Assembly (NCBI GenBank): GCA_030704615.1
Contig: JAKLZA010000139.1
Coordinates: forward strand, 1-12,000
From: Takakia lepidozioides
Taxonomy: Eukaryota; Plantae; Bryophyta
Reading direction: 5' to 3'
DNA length: 12,000 nucleotides
This document shows positions 10,001 through 12,000 of this stretch, piece by piece; position 1 is the stretch's first letter, and each line of letters starts with the position of its first letter. The notes under the pieces are model-generated. The model saw only the letters and a program-made list of their open reading frames with translations, searched no databases and was not told the origin of the DNA. The position numbers were made by a program, and so were the translations under genes.

Positions 10001-11972
10001 TGGGACTTAGCCATCTTCGGGCCAAACCGGGAAAAATGGCGCCGAATTTCCATTCAGGGCTCCCAAGATGGCTAAGTCCCTAGGGTGGCAGTCACCGAAA
10101 ACCGAAATTCGGCGCCATTTTTCATTCTAGGCCCACTCACATCCGCCCAACCTGGGAAAATGGTGCCGAATATGCATTTCAGGACCTCATTGTGTTTTTC
10201 ATGAATGCAGGTACTGCAAGTTTCTCCCTTTTGGAGAAAGGTCATCTGTCTTTCGAGCCACCATTCTTCCTGGCATGGAGGAACCCTGGGGCTGACTCCA
10301 TGTACACTGACGATATTGTGAAGGAGTGGCATCTGGAACATTTGCGTGATTGCCCTTGGTATGTGGACCTTCCGCCCGGCTCGCTCGACCCATCCGAGTT
10401 TCAATTGAAGCTGGATGCTGAATTCCGACGAAACCGGGCTCCGCTGCCTCCGTTGGGTGCAAAAGAGGCAAAAGCGCTTGCGAACTCCAGGAAAGCGGCA
10501 GAGCTTGCTCAGGCAGGAATTCAGGAGAAATTGCATGAGAAGAGTAAAGGCCAAAGGAAAAGGACAAGGAAACAGGTGAGTGCAGTAACACCCAAAAAGA
10601 AGAAAACCATCGGGGCATCGGAGGAGGCGCAGGAGGGGACCCAAGAGAGTGACTCGGACGACGACTTTGTTCAAGGTCCTGCGACTGCTGTTGCTCCTAC
10701 CCAGTCACCGGTCGTCCGGGTTCCCAAGTCAGTTCGGAGTGGGACTGGCTCTGCCAAGAAGTTGGCATTTGAGGGCGAGCCTACACGGCGGTATTCGGCG
10801 GTGACGTTTACGCACAGGCCAAAGCTAGAACCTCCAACCATCATCCAATGCGTCAATGAGAGCTTCCTTGACGCTCTCGCTGCCAGGGCGAAGAAGGTGG
10901 CACACAAGTCTCTGGCGGAGCAGAAGGGGAAAGCCAAGAAGAGGGCTGGCGGTACAGAGCCTAAAGACACCCCTGGTTTTGAAGCCATGATGGAATTCTT
11001 CACGGCTGTGAGCACGAATTGCAAGAGCACTCGGGGGGGGGGGTTGAGGTGGAGAGAGCTTGCGACATGATTCTCCTCGACATTCCAGATGGGGAGCTGC
11101 TGGAGGGCCTGGATGGTGTGCCCACCTGGAACAGGTTTACTGAGGACTACTGGAAAGCCGGGTTTGGGCTGGCGGGGATGCTTCTGGATGACGGTGGATG
11201 TGTGGTTGTCCTTGCCACGAGGGAAGACCACAGAGAATGCGGTGGCAAGGTGGACACCGAAAAGTGTCACCCCGTCCTCCTCAGAAAATGGTTCTGCATC
11301 AGTACCAGGGGTTGCGAACAGAGGGCCAAAGTGTAAGTTATCAATCTATTGCATTCACTTCATATTGTGGTGTATGTTAAGTAGACCCTGGAGTTGATCC
11401 CTTCTTTGTTGGATGTGCAGACATTGGTGTTTGAGGCATATTGCTTTGTGAAGAGAGGGTCTACGTTCAAATTCCGCAACGACGGTCGTCTTGTTGATGC
11501 CGCTGTGGACCCTGTAACCTACGATGTCCTCTACAACTATGTGCCCCACTCCAGTATGCCGAAGGACACAAAGACAGGCAAACCGTGGCGGTACAGCCGG
11601 ACCCGGAGCCCTGCTTTCATCCAAACCCTCATGGAGACGTGCTCGGATGTCCAAGGGCGGATTCTGGACCTCACATGCGGCACGGGTAAGCCTTCACGTG
11701 CTCAGTTTGTCCCCTGGCCCGATTGCAATTGCATGCCGCAAGCTATTAACCGCCCGCTTTGTTCCTCAGGTGCTTCAATGTGGGCAGGGACGTTGTCCGA
11801 CAGGCATGTGTTCGCCTTCGAGCCAGATACTGCCCTCCACAACTCGGAACTTGCAGCGGCTGAACGTCTGCCGAAAGAGGAAGAGGCATCCTCGGAGGAT
11901 GAGGAAAAATCCGAGAAGGAGCAGGGGGAGGAAGTTGGGATCGAGGCCGAGGAGCCCCCGGTTTACGAGTGA
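7021..11972 (+). CDS. Multi-exon gene: disordered N-terminus, ParB/Srx-like domain, helical region, basic/acidic linker with NLS, beta-class N6A/N4C DNA methyltransferase-like domain (several frameshifts as given)
   Basis: GT-AG introns that restore frame: 8282-8399, 8590-8689, 8975-9059, 9186-9280 and 11686-11769. Less certain: ~9496-10210 (donor missing here, present in the copy at 821) and ~11333-11420 (phase uncertain). Stop TGA at 11970-11972. Start ATG at 7021 is tentative and 7021-7620 is frameshifted. Further frameshifts near 10225-10232 and the G11 run at 11033-11043. Confidence 0.8.
7830..8281 (+). other. ParB/Sulfiredoxin-like N-terminal domain
   Basis: LRIPLCRLVSLQVVRP...DIDKLKFSFRDGY...FYVSI...MFYVWDGNHRLLAWMEHI...LLKAAMADIN matches the ParB/Srx pattern (IPl..l, R, i..L..Si...G, y.vvDGnHRl.A, terminal N). 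DGNHR is at 8127-8141. Confidence 0.8.
9561..10180. repeat. Intronic array of degenerate ~95-bp hairpin units with palindromic sites in both orientations
   Basis: Sites near 9561 (inverted), 9628, 9735, 9808 (half), 9865, 9956, 10030 (inverted), 10104 and 10154 (inverted). Same GGCTAAGTCCCT/AGGGACTTAGCC arms as 928-1327. Lies between coding exons ending 9495 and starting 10211. Confidence 0.92.
11061..11835 (+). other. Beta-class amino (N6-adenine / N4-cytosine) DNA methyltransferase-like domain
   Basis: CDMILLDIPDG (motif IV position, DPPY-like, 11079-11090), then W...LLDDGGCVVV, then RSPAFIQTLMETCSDVQGRILDLTCGTG|ASMWAGTLSDRHVFAFEPD (motifs X-I-II; cf. KP..l...li...s..gd.vLDpF.GsGtt..aa...gR..igiE.d). 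Motif IV before motif I is the beta-class order of the N6_N4_Mtase family. Confidence 0.85.
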
Positions 11973-12000
11973 GTGGTGCATTGTAAGTTGCCTCCAGATT

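Larger units (their letters stand above)
1..12000. mobile_element. Interior of a large Mutator-like (MULE) DNA transposon with a divergent transposase / ParB-methyltransferase gene pair
   Basis: MULE-type DDE transposase with SWIM finger on the minus strand. A second gene lies head-to-head with it. The same palindromic motif occurs in the intergenic region and in an intron of the second gene. No TIR or TSD seen, so boundaries and the inclusion of the second gene in the element are inferred. Confidence 0.7.

Noticed and set aside
9524-10184. 12-bp direct repeat TGCATTTCAGGA (9524-9535, 10173-10184) as a TSD around an inserted MITE
   Set aside because: The right copy overlaps a degenerate arm of the palindromic unit, no TIRs abut the repeats, and the same core motif occurs in the intergenic arrays. 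Not excluded, but unsupported.
1-12000. Bacterial or phage origin (ParB plus MTase as a prophage or plasmid locus)
   Set aside because: Multiple frame-restoring GT-AG introns, NLS-like sequences and a eukaryotic MULE-SWIM transposase indicate a eukaryotic nuclear locus.

Overview
Eukaryotic DNA: GT-AG introns in both genes, and a plant-like CG/CHG transition pattern, so a land plant is likely (inference). The window looks like the interior of a large two-gene Mutator-like (MULE) DNA transposon; no ends are visible. The minus strand carries a frameshifted, rearranged transposase with a GCM/WRKY-like Zn domain, a DDE core and a C-terminal SWIM finger. Transcribed divergently on the plus strand is a multi-exon gene fusing a ParB/Sulfiredoxin-like domain (WDGNHR) to a bacterial-type beta-class N6-adenine/N4-cytosine DNA methyltransferase fold. 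The intergenic region and a large intron of the ParB-MTase gene hold about 30 copies of one ~22-bp palindrome (GGAAATTCGGCGCCGAATTTCC and variants), often spaced 90-95 bp apart in otherwise different repeat units. The best candidate for a new system is a transposon-encoded ParB-MTase paired with its own parS-like palindrome arrays. The left end shows a complex rearrangement: 444-1327 is a copy of the partner gene's 9119-~10000 segment, and 1328-1813 is an inverted piece of the transposase. All domain calls are by motif recognition only; no searches were run.
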